Assembly: GCF_009914755.1 (NCBI RefSeq)
Contig: NC_060947.1
DNA: 64,000 nucleotides
DNA from: the human T2T-CHM13v2.0 reference genome, Homo sapiens
Strand: one strand, 5' to 3'
This document shows positions 40,530 to 54,925 of the stretch, piece after piece. The notes below the pieces were generated by a model. It was not told the origin of the DNA, ran no database searches, and saw only the letters and a program-made list of their open reading frames with translations. Each line of letters opens with the position of its first letter. Within the stretch, counting starts at the first letter, position 1. The position numbers were made by a program, and so were the translations under genes.

Positions 40530-41900
40530 AGTTGGTCAGTCTTTCATGAGACAGTGTGTAGTGCCTACGGACTCTGCAGAGTCTAAGAACACTGTCTCTG
40601 CCCTTTAATTGTTCTTAAGATAGTGGAGAGCAGACAAGTGAAGAGAAATGATGGTAAGAGTAGACAACCCCAGCCTGGCAGATCATGGAAATCTTCCCAA
40701 AGAGGTGAAATCTGTGCTCAGTTTTAAAGGATGGAAAAATAGAAGCAAGTCAACAGAGAAAGGGCAGAGCTAGTGGAAGACTAGTATATGTAGAAGGGGT
40801 GGCAAGTATAAAACCTGCAACACATTAAACAACACAGTAGCTCTGAGGACTATAAATAGTTCAGTGAACTCATATGTTTTTTGAAAATATTTGTCTTGTT
40901 TTGTTTTCTGAAGTGAGGAGGGTTCCTAATAATGAGAGATAATATTGGAGAGGTAGTCCAGGGCCAGGTAATAAAGGACTTTATAGGTTTTCTAGAGTTC
41001 GGATTTTATTGTGAAGTCCATGGGGGAGCCATTGAAGGACTTTAAGCAAGAGTTTCATGATACATATTTGTGTTTTGGAAAGATTATGGCAGGACAGTGG
41101 CAAATTGATGGGGGAGAGTGAGATTAGAGGCTGAGAGATCAGTCTTGAGGTTATTGAGGTAATTCTGGCAAGAAATTATATGAGCCTAGATTGGAGAAAT
41201 GGGTATGGAGAGAAGTGTATGTATTCAAGTTCAATTTCAGAAGACAAATGGACAGGACTTAATGATGGATTGGAGGTAGTAGGGAAAGGAAAGAGAAGAC
41301 AAGCATGACTCCCAGTTTTCTGGCTTGAGCAGCTCAGTGCTTGTTGATGCCATTTGTTGTGATGGGGAAGACATAGATAGAATTTAGGAAGGAGTACATC
41401 TGGTGGGGGTTGGTAATGGAGTTCTGTATAGACATGTTTATGGTGCCAGTGAAATCTAAGCAGAGATATCCAGCAAGAAATTGACAATGCCAATCAGAAA
41501 CTAAGAAGAAAGATCTGAACTAGAGCTAGAGATTTAATATTTATCATTTTATGGATGGTGGCTGAAATCCCTGCAGTATATAAAACCACCCTGGGAGAGG
41601 CCTACACTGAGAAGAAAAGTGGGATGAGGACAGAATGCTGGGGGATCCCAATCACAGTAGGAAAAGAACTAGGAAAGGATAGCATAACATTCAAGGGAAC
41701 AGAAAGTTTCAGGAGAGAAGAAGGTGTCTTATATAGCAGGGCCATCAAGGAAGATAAGGAATGAAAAATATCCATTGGATTTGGCAACAAGTAAGTTAGT
41801 AGTGATTAGTGTCAGCAATAGGGCCAGCCCACAAATGTCTGAGGAGTGAGAGGGCAAATATTTGTCATGAAATAAGGCACAAAACTTAAGTGCAGGCAGC
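40530..41900 (-). mobile_element. L2 fragment
   Basis: GGATTTTATTGTGAAGTCCATGGGGGAGCCATTGAAGGACTTTAAGC; ATGACTCCCAGTTTTCTGGCTTGAGC; CCATTGGATTTGGCAAC. Confidence 0.8.
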
Positions 41901-44069
41901 TGGAGAAAGGCCTGGCCACCCAAGGAGGTGATATAAAATATGAGCTTTCATGTTGGAGCAGTAGAGGACAAAGACATTGGTGTGTGTTGTAGTGGGTAGT
42001 CAGGAGAGGGACATGAGGGGATACACAGGGAGGAGGAAAGATGTACATTGCAATTTCCTAATTAAGGAGAAAATGGAAAGGCTTCTTGGTAGCCATGGCA
42101 CCAGTCAGCTGACACAGGGAATGCCAGATGTTTGCAGGAGGAGAATAAATTGAAGGGCTAGTTGTTAATGCATCTAGGTTCTGGAATTCATGGGAAACAC
42201 ATTTTGCGGCAGTGGAACAGCAGGATGTAGGCAGGATATAAGGAATTAAGAAACTTGGGCTCAGTTTCTCATGAAACTCAGGCTAACTTCATAAACTCTC
42301 AAGCTAGGCATAAAGTCCCAAGTCATAAAATGGGGGACAAACAGCCTTTACCTAGAGGGCAATCCAAGCATTCCCCATGGTTTTGGATTATCTGTGATAA
42401 TGCTTCTTTAGATGGCATGGATAATTAGGGGGTCACCATGTTTTAGATAAACACCAGAACAATGTTACAACAGGGAAAACTCTAAAAGAGTATTAAGGAA
42501 TACTAGGCTCAGAAGAAAACAAACTGCCCCCTCCTCCCAACCCCAACTTCAGACAAACACACACTGATGGAGTATAATGCAGAGATAGCTTTCAGATCTA
42601 GTAGGGAAAAAAAGAGAAGTGTTGGAAATGTCAACCTAAAATGTTTTGTTTGATCAAGTGGCAGGGGAAAAAAAATACCAGGGAAGAGAACAACCCGAAA
42701 GAATAGTTCTTCCAGATAATAACACCTAACTCCTAAGAAAGAAAAGTGAAAGTCATATATTAAGTTCAAATCTGAACATAGTGTTTATTTAACACTATGA
42801 GGCAGGTCATTTTTAAAGATTGCCATTCTCTTAAAGTTGGCTAAATAAGGTTTAGCTACTAGCAGGCTGGTGACCTTGCGCAAGTCACTTACCAGTTTCT
42901 TTATTTGTTGCATACATACAGGATTACAGCCCCTGAAAGAAGATGTTTTGGAAACTGCAAAGCAGTGCACCAACATTAGGTAGGGACTTTTACCAGGCAG
43001 GGCATACCTTTGAGAAATCTGTTTGAGATAGCTTCATCCAAAAAGGGTTGGATTGCAGTTTTGCAGGAGTGCTAGGTGTTGTGTAAATGTCCTAGTCAGT
43101 TCAAGAGGACTTTGGCAAAGGAAAAGTACACACTGCCCAGCAAGCTATGCGCTTGATGTTTCCCCAAGGCAGGGGGCAGGCCTGCCAAGGGCTGCAGCAC
43201 ATCTCAGGGTGACCCAATGTTCCGTTGCCCTCCCAGCTCAAGAGGAACAGCTTGAAATATAAATGGTGCCCTCTGCTCAGCTAAGGAGAACAGTCCCAAA
43301 TCTTTCTGACATCTGCACACAAGGGGTACTGAGAGGCTGTCCTGCAGGGTCAATAGTGCTGGGGCCAATTTAAACAATTCTGCTTGGCCCTGGGAAGGTA
43401 GGAGGAAAGGGAGGATGACTAAACAGGACCTGGTGGTGCTTCAAGCATCCACGTTCAGTTTTCTGCATGAGCATCGGTCTTATCTATTTGGGAAATAGGA
43501 CATTCCTGCTCTTGACTCATGAAATATGGCTTGGTCTGGTTCAGTAACTTTGACAAACATTCTTTGAAACTTTAGACTTTGCAAATACATTTTTAGGAAC
43601 ATATTTGACAGTGTGGAGTCTGTGTCTTTTAAATATTGAGGTAAAAATCTGTGCAGGGATATTCTAATTTCCTCCATCCTCCATCCCCTCAGCCACTCAG
43701 ATGTTTTCAAAAGAGAAGCCAGACTAAGGCTCCAGATGTTTGAAACCTAAATGAGGGCTCCTCATGAAATAAATCTACTGCCCTCCATTTCCAGAGATCA
43801 AAATCTTAGCCAGGGGCTTAACAATGAGATCACTGTAGGCATGTTTGCCTGGTGTAGGACTGACCTCCGATCAGATATATAAGATTTTCTACTTTTAAAG
43901 GCTCCCCAACCCAACAAACAGCCCAGAGCTTCTCAGTTTCCTGGTTGTTGTGTCTAACTGCTTCTCACCCTGCCACAATCCATCAGGAAATGTCCTTTGT
44001 GTCAAACCTCAAATCTCACTTGCATCGATTTGGGTCATTTTTATTTGCTGTATCTTTGCAGAGGTAAAG

Positions 44070-44800
44070 TAAGTCAATAAGAATCATCAGTTAGGAAAGT
44101 GGCTAAAGAATATGTCCAGGAAATTCACAGAAGAAATATGAATTTCCAGGTAATATGTGAAAAGACATTTAAACTCAGGGAATTAGAATGATTTTCACTC
44201 ATCATATTAGCAAAAATATCAAGTGTTGGCAAGGGTGTAGAAAGATGGGCATTTTTGTGCAATGCTGATGGGAATATAAATTGGAGAATACTTTGTAGCC
44301 TAATTTGTCAATGGCTTTGAAGGTTAAAAATGTCTATTACCCTTCTACCAGGTAATTATGATCCTTAGTATCTATGCTAGAGATGTATCTATGCTTGAGC
44401 TAGTATCTATGCTTGAACACAAGGAGGCCTACTCTAAGATTTTCACTGTAGCTCTGCCATTTTACAAATAGCAAAAATTTAGAAACAACCTAAGTAGCTG
44501 TCAAAAGGGTGGCTGAATTAAACTATGGGGTAGAGAAAAAGATCTTAAGGACACGTTAAGTTTACAAAAGGGGCCCAGAATATATACTTAGAATTCTATT
44601 TTGGAAAAGAAAATCAGATAATGAGACTATTTTTAGACATACGTGTACATATCTCTGATTATGTATGGAAAAAGATAAGAAAGACAATAATGGCACTGAA
44701 AGAGCACCAAGAGAGATTTTTGCTTTGTCTATACTGCTTGCATGTTATTCAAGAATGTGTTCATATATTTATTGTGAAATTTTTTTTCTAGAATGTTTCA
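44070..44800 (+). mobile_element. Old L1ME-like fragment
   Basis: AATTCACAGAAGAAATA...CAAGTGTTGGCAAGGGTGTAG...GCTGATGGGAATATAAATTGG. Confidence 0.65.
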
Positions 44801-45356
44801 GAGGTGAGGGCATGGGTCTTGGTGGCTACAGTGAACATGTCTTCCGTGAGAGGCAGCAGTAGATAAGCTGGTGACGTAAATAGATGAGAAATCAAAGGAC
44901 CCAGATAAAGGCCTGGAATCTGTCATCACTTTGCTATGTGATCCCAGGAAGTAATTTTTCTTCTGCGTCTGTTTCCTCTGTACAATCAACAAATAAGATG
45001 TGAAGCTTACTAAGATACCTTCCCTTTCTCATATTTTACGATTCTCTAAGTCCATGTCTTTAATGTAGAATAGATCTAGTCCCCTTTGATGAGAAGATGG
45101 ATTTTTATTCTCTTCCTTCAAATTCTGGCATAGTTTGACATTTTACTTTACCCCAAATGTAAGATAATGAAAGAGAAGGTGGAACGGTCACTGTGTTCCC
45201 TGTTTGGCTATGGGTTTGAAAGTTTGGTTGACCTATTTATAGTACTACTTTATTTTGACAGTATAAGCCCTTAGTCTTCTTTGAGTGTGATGAGAGTGTA
45301 TTCACAATGCTAGAAATGGGAAGTTCTGAACTCTGTAGGATGGCCATTAATCCTGG

Positions 45357-45358
<2 letters not shown>

Positions 45359-45407
<49 letters not shown>
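45359..45407. repeat. (CA)~24 microsatellite
   Basis: Direct reading; uninterrupted. Confidence 0.95.
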
Positions 45408-45409
<2 letters not shown>

Positions 45410-45549
45410 TGGATCATCCCTAGTCCAAAAATCCAAAATCCAAAATGCTCCAATGAGCATCTCCTCTGAGTGTCACATCAGTACTCAGGAAATGTTGGGT
45501 TTTGAAACATTTCAGATTTCAGATTTTTGAATTAGGGATGCTCAACTTG
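45406..45549. mobile_element. Tigger4/MER46-like element
   Basis: CATCCCTAGTCCAAAAATCCAAAATCCAAAATGCTCCAA ... TTAGGGATGCTCAACTTG inverted ends. Confidence 0.75.
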
Positions 45550-46304
45550 TGTATGTGTCTAATTTTTTTTTCAGATTGAACCCCTTTCAACACTTTTCCT
45601 GGGTTATAATAAAAATGCATTTATTTCAGTGAAAATCATAGATACAAATATCTAGGGGCTATGCATATTCAGGGATTGATAGAAATGTTGTGTCAATGAC
45701 TGAGTTCATTGCAATTTGCACAACAATTTGAACTGTGCATTGCTAATGAGGGACAATACACGGACTGTGTCACAACACTTTAAAACGTATCCTATGTTGT
45801 AATTTAATACCTATAAACCATTCTTTATGTATCGTCACCTATATTTCTGGACTTTATGGCTACCTTGTTCTCTTGAGTCTATCACTAACAAGCAGGGTGA
45901 TTTTGGACAAGTCACATCCACAGTCTGTAGATAACAATTGGAACACCTGTTCCCCAGACTGGGAGGGAAGAATCAAGTGAGCTATGAAAATGTACACTTA
46001 TCTACAAACATTGTCACAATCTGGCTCTCTACAACCTAATTGGCTTTTGGAAAAACTCCAGATGAAACTCTGAGGAAACCTTGGCATTAAGTGAATGAAG
46101 GAAACCTCTTCTTGGTACCTCAGAGAGTTTGACCAATCTAACTCTGACTATCATTAGTTAGCAAAGCTCCTTCCAGCTGGTCCTCATCACTTTGCTTGTT
46201 CCATGAGGTCATAAGAGTAAATTCTAAGCAGTTTATTTCTAAAGAAAACAGATAACAGCTCCCATGCCACTATTTGTCTTTCAACAATGAAATAAGCAAC
46301 TTAC

Positions 46305-46385
46305 TCTCGCTCCTTTCTCAGGAAAACACTGACAGCTCCCACTGCAGTCCTGGCCCCCACATGGCTTTCCATAAGACTTCTCTCC
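46305..46385 (-). CDS. COL4A6: COL4A6 coding exon (exon 3; Cys-rich start of the 7S region), 81 bp, phase 0-0
   Basis: Minus strand: acceptor ctttttcctttttttaatag|GGA GAG AAG TCT TAT GGA AAG CCA TGT ... GGA GCG AGA|gtaagt donor. Translation [27 protein letters not shown] matches the recalled human alpha6(IV) N-terminus after the signal peptide. Exon number is from memory. Confidence 0.95.
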
Positions 46386-46999
46386 CTATTAAAAAAAGGA
46401 AAAAGTTAATAAACCATGTGAACCAAGAAGCAATGTTGTCCCAGCAGACCTAACTCTTAGCTTCTTTACCAAGTAAATCTATTGCGGCTTAATGATCTTA
46501 TCTGATGTTGTCAGTAGTCAAATGAAATAAAAACTAAACTTAAGCTAGCATCCTTTTAGTTCAGGTCTATACCTTATCAAATAAATAGCCGGTTTGGGAA
46601 CTTTGCTTTAGACACCTCCTCACTGGTAGAAATTCCAGGCACAATATACAACAGAATATCTTTACTTGGGGGCTGGAAATAGACTCTAGACATATTCCTG
46701 TGAAAACAGGTGTCCAGTGACTTATGGATTTGCACTCATTGGTAAAGAAGTAGCTGTAGCAGATAACTTGAGTGAAATTCAAGTGCTAGATATGTAGTGA
46801 CAAATGAAAATGGCTACCTTGTACTCTGCTCTCGGAATTGTTCTCCTCAAACTCCATTTCAGCACACAATTCACACCTTACAGTGGCACTCCCATGCCCA
46901 GTTAGTCAGATCCAAATTCCTCAGTTGGTATTTTACAGTACCCCCCAAGCTCTCTAACTTCATTTTTGCCTCTCCTCTGATTGATCGTGATGATTGCTA

Positions 47000-47450
47000 G
47001 CTGAATTTCTGCAAGGCCCCCACATGACCTGCCATGTGCTGATCCTCACCAACCTCATCTCCTTTCTCTCTGGCTCACTCTGCTTCAGTCACACAGGAGG
47101 GCGTTCATTCTGTTCATTAAAAACATCAAGCCTGTTCCTGCCTCAGGGCCTCTGCCCTCGCTGTTACTTTTTTCTGCAATGTTCTTCTCCTAGATATTTT
47201 TTAAAAATCCTGGCCTCTTTTCATCACTCAGGTCTCAGTTCAATTGTCCATTCTCAGAGAGGCCATTGCTGAGTCTCCTGTTACTTCCAATCATATCATT
47301 TCATTACCTTTTCATCGTTAGACATTCTCTTTACTCCTACTAGAATGTAAGCTTCATGTAAGTAGGGACTTCATTGTTTTGTCCAACACTGCATCTCCAA
47401 TGTCTGAAACCATGGATGACACTCAAGGAATTTTTGGTGACTATATTAAT
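47000..47450 (+). mobile_element. L2 3' fragment
   Basis: CTCACTCTGCTTCAGTCACA...CCTGCCTCAGGGCCT...CTAGAATGTAAGCTTCATG. Confidence 0.75.
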
Positions 47451-48930
47451 GGAGTTAGGATTTGAACTCGGGTCTGACTAACTCCAAAGTCTTGACCTTA
47501 ACCCTTAAGCCTTAGTGTTTTCTAAGTCCTTTGTCTACCAGAACCTCAATACAAGGACTCAACAATGAGAAAAACTGCCATTCTGACCATATCCACCTTG
47601 GGAAAAAAGGAAAACATAAATTCTAACTGTTATCTGTAACAAGAACTTTATCTCTGGGATGGATTTAGTACCATCCAACTTTTTTGTTTAATGTTGGATG
47701 TTTTTTCCAAAGAGAAAGGCATATTTATGAGCTGACCTCACACTTAATCATTCTTGCCTCTGTGTACTGTGTGCCTTTTCCTAATTCCTAGAGAGCACTG
47801 TGAATTTCTCAGATGGTCTCTTATCTCTTTAGACATTCCCACAACACTTTATCATCACAACACCTTGGTAATAAGGTAAAGATGGCAAAGCTATGACAAA
47901 ATATTACTATTTTAGATTCCAAACACCTTCCTTATACGTTATATTTTATCTCTCTTATAAGCCCTTGACATGGTAAGTGTTATTGCACACTTTCCAGTTT
48001 ACCTTCCATTTTATGGAATATAGGACAGGCAAGTTTTAATAAGGGTGAGATCAAGAGGTACTCTGGCAGGAGGAAGCTAGGGGCTGGAATACAAGAGAGA
48101 ACTGAGAGAGCAGCATTGAATTTTATCTTCACCTATGCTTACACCCTTGTCTAATGTTGAGTACTATATTTCTTGGTATTATGGATAATTTGTATTTCCT
48201 TCTCCATACATTTCTGTGTTTTCTAAGCAGTCTTCAACAAGCACATATAATTATTAAGAATACAAAATAATACATAATATTAAGTGATAAAAGTCATCCC
48301 CTTCAAGGAAGAGAACTTGACAGGTGTTGCCAAAGTTGAAATGGCATCTATTTGGAGCTATGGCCTACTTCCAAACAATGTCTGTTTGAGTGTTCCATAA
48401 AATTGGTCTATAGTAGATGAAAAATTTCCAGACCCCTCAAGCATGGAGCAAAGAGGCTGGAAGCAAGGGAACTGGATAAGACAGGGAAAAAAAAAACAAT
48501 AGCAGGAGCTGAACAAAACCATAAGAATCAGAAGCTAAGGTTTCTTAGGAACTCGCCAGAACAAGGAGGCAAAGACACTCAGCTAACAGGAAATCATCAC
48601 TGTCCTTTGTCACTGAGGAAAGTAACCAGAGAAGCCCTGTTGGCCACAAGGCAATTTCCTGTAATGCCAGCCCTGGCAGTTTCCCCAGGAGTCTTCAATT
48701 ACAGTGAGGTGGGAGGAGTGAAGGCAGGCTTCCAGGGAACATGACCAGACTAGACCTGAGAAGCCTCTGCCTTATCCTGGCTTGTCTGGGGACACTCCAC
48801 CCCCTGCTTGACCAGGCCATGTGGCTGGTGTCATTTCCACCTTGGAATGCTCTCCCTTTTCTCTCAAGATCAAGCCCATCTTATACCCAAGAAAATTAAA
48901 ACTGGAAAGGCTTTGGGAGATCATCTAATA

Positions 48931-49818
48931 CAGTGGTTCTTAACTCTATCCGAGCAGTACTTTATTATTTTTATTATAATTATTACTCTCCCTTGCTATC
49001 CTAAAAATAAATTCATAGGAATAAGTTATAATAAAAATGTAAGCAAAAAAATTTTTTTAAATCTTATTATTATTATACTTTAAGTTTTAGGGTACATGTG
49101 CACAACGTGCAGGTTTGTTACATATGTATACATGTGCCATGTTGGTGTGCTGCACCCATTAACTCGTCATTTAGCATTAGGTATATCTCCTAATTAAGCA
49201 AAAATTTTAAAAGCACATATTATGCCCTAACTGTATTGCAAAGAAAAAAAAAGAAGAAAAGTAATTTATATTAAAAAGATATGTATTTCAATATATAAAA
49301 GCTCATACATGGCTATATTAGAAGATGTCATGAAGTGGTAGTCAGAGGCCAACAGCTCTATAGAGAATTATTATGAATGTAACAGGCTGCTGACACAGAA
49401 TGACACTGGGATGTAGTATTGATGATTCAAGTATCATGAATGCAGTTGCTATTAGTAAGTGCAGTGATTCTCTCAAATGATAAACAACTCATGGTGATGA
49501 TCGTGGGTGGGGGGCAGGAAGTACAATCTTCCCTTTATTTACTGGGCAGTTTTATTTGTAACAAGAAAACCATGAAAAACTTCATTTCAATATGTAAAAT
49601 GTGGTTATGTTCTAGACTTAAATAATTATAAACAGTTTTCATCTCCATGAATATCCAGAGGTCTTCTCTATCCTTCAGGATGCATAGTATTCAGAACACC
49701 TGTCATTCCTGGCAGCCACCTAGTAAGTGTCCCTGACTCCCTGATCATTTTGACAATCACAAATGGCCTCACAAGTTCCAAAATACCTCCTGGGGTGTAC
49801 TTTTGTTAAGAAGTATTG
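48931..49818. mobile_element. hAT-Charlie element inserted in a MIR and hosting a short L1
   Basis: TIRs CAGTGGTTCTTAAC / GTTAAGAAGTATTG; TSD ATCTAATA/GTCTAATC; MIR continuous across the site. Confidence 0.7.
49056..49194 (-). mobile_element. Very short L1PA4-like 3' end
   Basis: TTATACTTTAAGTTTTAGGGTACATGTGCAC...; TSD TAAGC(A)nTTTT at 49040-49055 and 49195-49208. Confidence 0.9.
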
Positions 49819-50224
49819 GTCTAATCCAAATCACCCATTTTACAGATGATAACACTGAAGAAGATTATTTTGGCTTGGGTCACACTGTTAACAAGTGGAT
49901 TCTAACACTTCTGAACATAATGCAATATTCTTCCTACTGTTCCGTACCTCTCAAGGCCAAATTCAAGTTCTATATTTTCCATGACCACTTCAGCTTCGGT
50001 GAACCACAATACTCCCTAAGTCCCATTCACTGGGTAAGTGTCTCATGTTGTTATGGGAGAGTCTTTGCAATGTTCCTAAGGTTGCATAGCTGAGAGTCTT
50101 GTTTCCTCATCCAGACCATAACGTTTATAAGGGAAAAGTCAATTTATTTTACTCCTTTGTATAAAACCACAGTGTTAAGGGGCAAAACTATGTTCTAGCC
50201 AATATCTGAGGCAGTATCCCTTAA

Positions 50225-50465
50225 TTAGGAATATAAGTTCTGGAGTCAGTCTGTACAGGTTTAAATCCCAGCTCTAATATTTCCGAGTTGGATGAACTTA
50301 GGCAACTGACTTTATCTCTCTGAAACCCAATTTTCCTATCTGTAAAATGAGGATGGCAACAGTATCTACTGTACAGAGTTTGATTGGAGGACTCAATAAG
50401 ATTAAGCATGCAAAACATAGTACCTGGCTTATAGTATGCACTAAGTGTCAGCTATTATTATTATA
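50225..50465 (+). mobile_element. MIR
   Basis: CTGGAGTCAG...AAATCCCAGCTCT...ATCTGTAAAATGAGGATG. Confidence 0.8.
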
Positions 50466-50807
50466 TTAACATTAGCTATACTAGACTACTCAGCATTTTT
50501 TGCAACATTCTGGTCTCTCTCTGGAGCTCCTTATCAAGTGCTGTGCACTGGTATGATCATGCCAGTTTGTCTATAGCTGATGTTCACTTTGCTTGGTCAG
50601 GATGTCCATTTGGATTTGTTGATGTCTGTATATGTAATTATCTGAATCAAGAACATAATCACATTTTATACATTGAAATGAATTTTTCATGGTTTTATTG
50701 TTACTGAATAAAAATGCCTAGTAAATAAAGGGAAGATTGTACTTTTTTCCCCCAGATCACCACTACAAGTTATTTCTCATTTCAGAGAATCACTGCACTC
50801 ACTTAAC

Positions 50808-51056
50808 TTTTTTTTGAGATGGAGTATCACTCTGTCACCCAGGCTGGAGTGCAGTGGTGCGACCTGGGCTCACTGCAGCCTCCGCCTCCCAGGTTCAAGC
50901 CATTCTCTGCCTCAGCTTCCTGAGTAGCTGGGATTACAGGCACCTGCCACCACACCCAGCTAATTTTTGTATTTTTAGTAGAGATGGGGTTTTGCCATGT
51001 TGGCCATGCTGATCTCGAACTCCTGGCCTGAAGTGATCCTCCCACATCGGCCTCCA
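50808..51056 (-). mobile_element. AluS lacking its first ~35 nt
   Basis: Poly(T), GAGATGGAGTATCACTCTGTCACCCAGGCTGG...; ends abruptly at CGGCCTCCAAAA. Confidence 0.92.
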
Positions 51057-52088
51057 AAATTATTTTTAAATGCTAAAAATATTTAGCAATTAGGGTTAAA
51101 GGTTAGGGTTTGCTAAACCATAACCCTAAATATTGCTAAATATTTTAAATATAATCTCTACTCCACACATCTATCCTTTTGCTGATGCTGGTTCCTATGT
51201 CTAAAATGTTTTCCTACTCCCTTTACCACAAACAAAACTTCTATTCATTCTTTTAAACCCAGCTCAACCATCTTTTTGGTGAAGACACCCTTATACACTG
51301 CCTCCCTCTCAGCAATTTCAGGAGCAGTTCTTACTCTCTTCCCTTTGCTGATGGAGTTTTGCAGTATTTTACTCAATTTGATTCTGCCATCAGACTGGGA
51401 TCAGGACCATGTCTTATGCTTCTCTGCAGCCCTGTCACAGCAGATATTCAGTGAAGGGCTGTGAAATAATTGCTCTCAGAACAATTGAGTTACAAGTGTT
51501 AGAGATCAGCATCACTTGGGATTCTTCGTTTCTCCTGGGTCTCCTGAAATAAAGAGTTACATCACAGTGCCTCTACCACCAACCAATAGGCTTTTCTAGG
51601 CATCACCAGTGCTTTCTTGCATGGGGGTTGGCAAGGATGACAATGATGCAAAAGGTAACCCAGGAAGCAAGATAGGAAGTAACAGAGGCTTAGCTGAAGT
51701 GATTGGATTGCAAAGGCCAGTTATCTTTGTGAGCAATTTTCTCCAGAAGCTTAGGTCACAGAAGACTGGCTGTGTATAATTTTATTCTCACCATTCATTC
51801 AACAAATATTTATTAAGTGCCTACTATGTACTAGGCACTGTGTTAGAGATGGGTGATAGTGGCAGTATCATACAGCCATAAGTGAAACCAAGTCCTTGTT
51901 TTCATGGTGTTTAAAATTTAGAGGGAAGACAAACAGTAAATGAATATTACATACATATTTGTCAGTTGATCTGTATTATGGAGGAAACTAAATTGGGTAA
52001 GAGGGTAGGAAGTGTTGGGGTTAGGTTGTTATTTTATATAAGGAAGTCAGAGAAGGCCTTGCTTATAAGGGGACTTCTGAGCAGAAAA

Positions 52089-52269
52089 CAGTGTTTTTCA
52101 AAGCACAGTCCTTGGCCCAGAATCATCAGTCCTGGGAAATTGTTAGAGTTGTAAATTCTTGTCTCCTCCACGATCCACTGAATCATAAACTTTAGGGTGG
52201 GGCTCAGAAATCTATGTTTTAACAAGCCCTTCAGGTGATTCTGATGCACATAATGTTTCAGAAACACTG
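52089..52269. mobile_element. MER5A
   Basis: CAGTGTTTTTCAAAG...TTTTAACAAGCCCTTCAGGTGATTCTGATGCAC...AAACACTG. Confidence 0.85.
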
Positions 52270-52979
52270 CTATAGAAGATGAAGGAATGAGTTATGTGAA
52301 TATCTGAGGAAAGAGTATTCTAGGCAAAGGGAACAGCAAGTGCAAAGGCAGTAAATGAGAGAATATGCTTGATGTTTTGGCTACAGCAAGGAGGCCAGAA
52401 GCCTGGAGTTCAGTGAATAGGGGGATGGGATACATGGTAAAGCCAGAGTTGGAGCAAGAGCCAGATCATAGAAGATTTCATAGACCAATGTAAGAGCTTT
52501 GCCCCTGGAAATCCACTGAAGGGCTTGGAACATATGAGTGACACCAGTTGATTTACTTTTTAAGGAGGATTACTCAAGCTGCCATGTGAACTGTAGTGGG
52601 GCAAGCACAGAAGCAGAAAGGCCACCTAGGAGGCTGTTGCGGTAGTTCAGCAGGATGATGGATGTTTATAACAGAGAGGCAGTTATAGAGTCTGACAGAA
52701 GTAAAATGATTCTAGGTATGTTTTAAAGGTAGAGCTGCTAGGATTTGCTGATGGATTGGATGTGGGATGTGACTGAAAGGGAGAAGTCAAGAATGACTCC
52801 AAAGTTTCTGTACTAGGCAACTACAAGGATGCAATTGCCATTTATTCAGATGGAGAAAACTGTTGGAGAAGCTTGCTTGGGAAGCGTCAGGAATTCTGGT
52901 TTTGAGATGTGTATAAGATATTCAAATGGAGGAGTTGAGGAGCTGGCTATGGAAGTCTGGAATTCAAGGAAGATGCCTT

Positions 52980-54590
<1,611 letters not shown>

Positions 54591-54645
54591 ACATGGTTTA
54601 TCTGGAGATCACCATCTCTGCTATCATTGTTATATAAAGCCAAGG

Positions 54646-54925
54646 GGTTAGGTGTGGTGGCTTGTGTCTGTAATTTGTAATCCCAGCACTTGGGAAGCCA
54701 AGGCAGGGGGATCGCTTGAGCCGAGGAGTTCGAGACCAGCCTGGGCAACATGGTGATACCCCATCTCTACAAAAAAATTAGACAGGTGTGATGGCATGTG
54801 CCTGTAGTCCCAGCTACTCAGGAGGCTGAGGCAGGAGGATCACTGGAGCCCAGGAGTTTGAGGCTGATCGTGCCACTGCACCCAGCCTGAGTGACAGAGT
54901 GAGACCCTCTCTAAAAAAACAAAAA
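54646..54925 (+). mobile_element. AluJ
   Basis: GGATCGCTTGAGCCGAGGAGTTCGAGACCAGCCTGGGCAAC; small internal deletion; A tail. Confidence 0.9.

Noticed and set aside
46573-46697. Exon-like unit just upstream of COL4A6 exon 3 (ttttcacag|...AAG|gtatag)
   Set aside because: 125 bp, would shift the COL4A6 frame, product not recognised; indistinguishable from a chance pseudo-exon.
50827-51057. Alu-derived ORFs (also 22212-22424, 54566-54751, 54814-55008)
   Set aside because: Standard Alu translation artefacts.
51090-51129. Chromosome-fusion (head-to-head telomere) site
   Set aside because: Only two or three degenerate units per side and no subtelomeric flanks; kept only as a possible repair scar.
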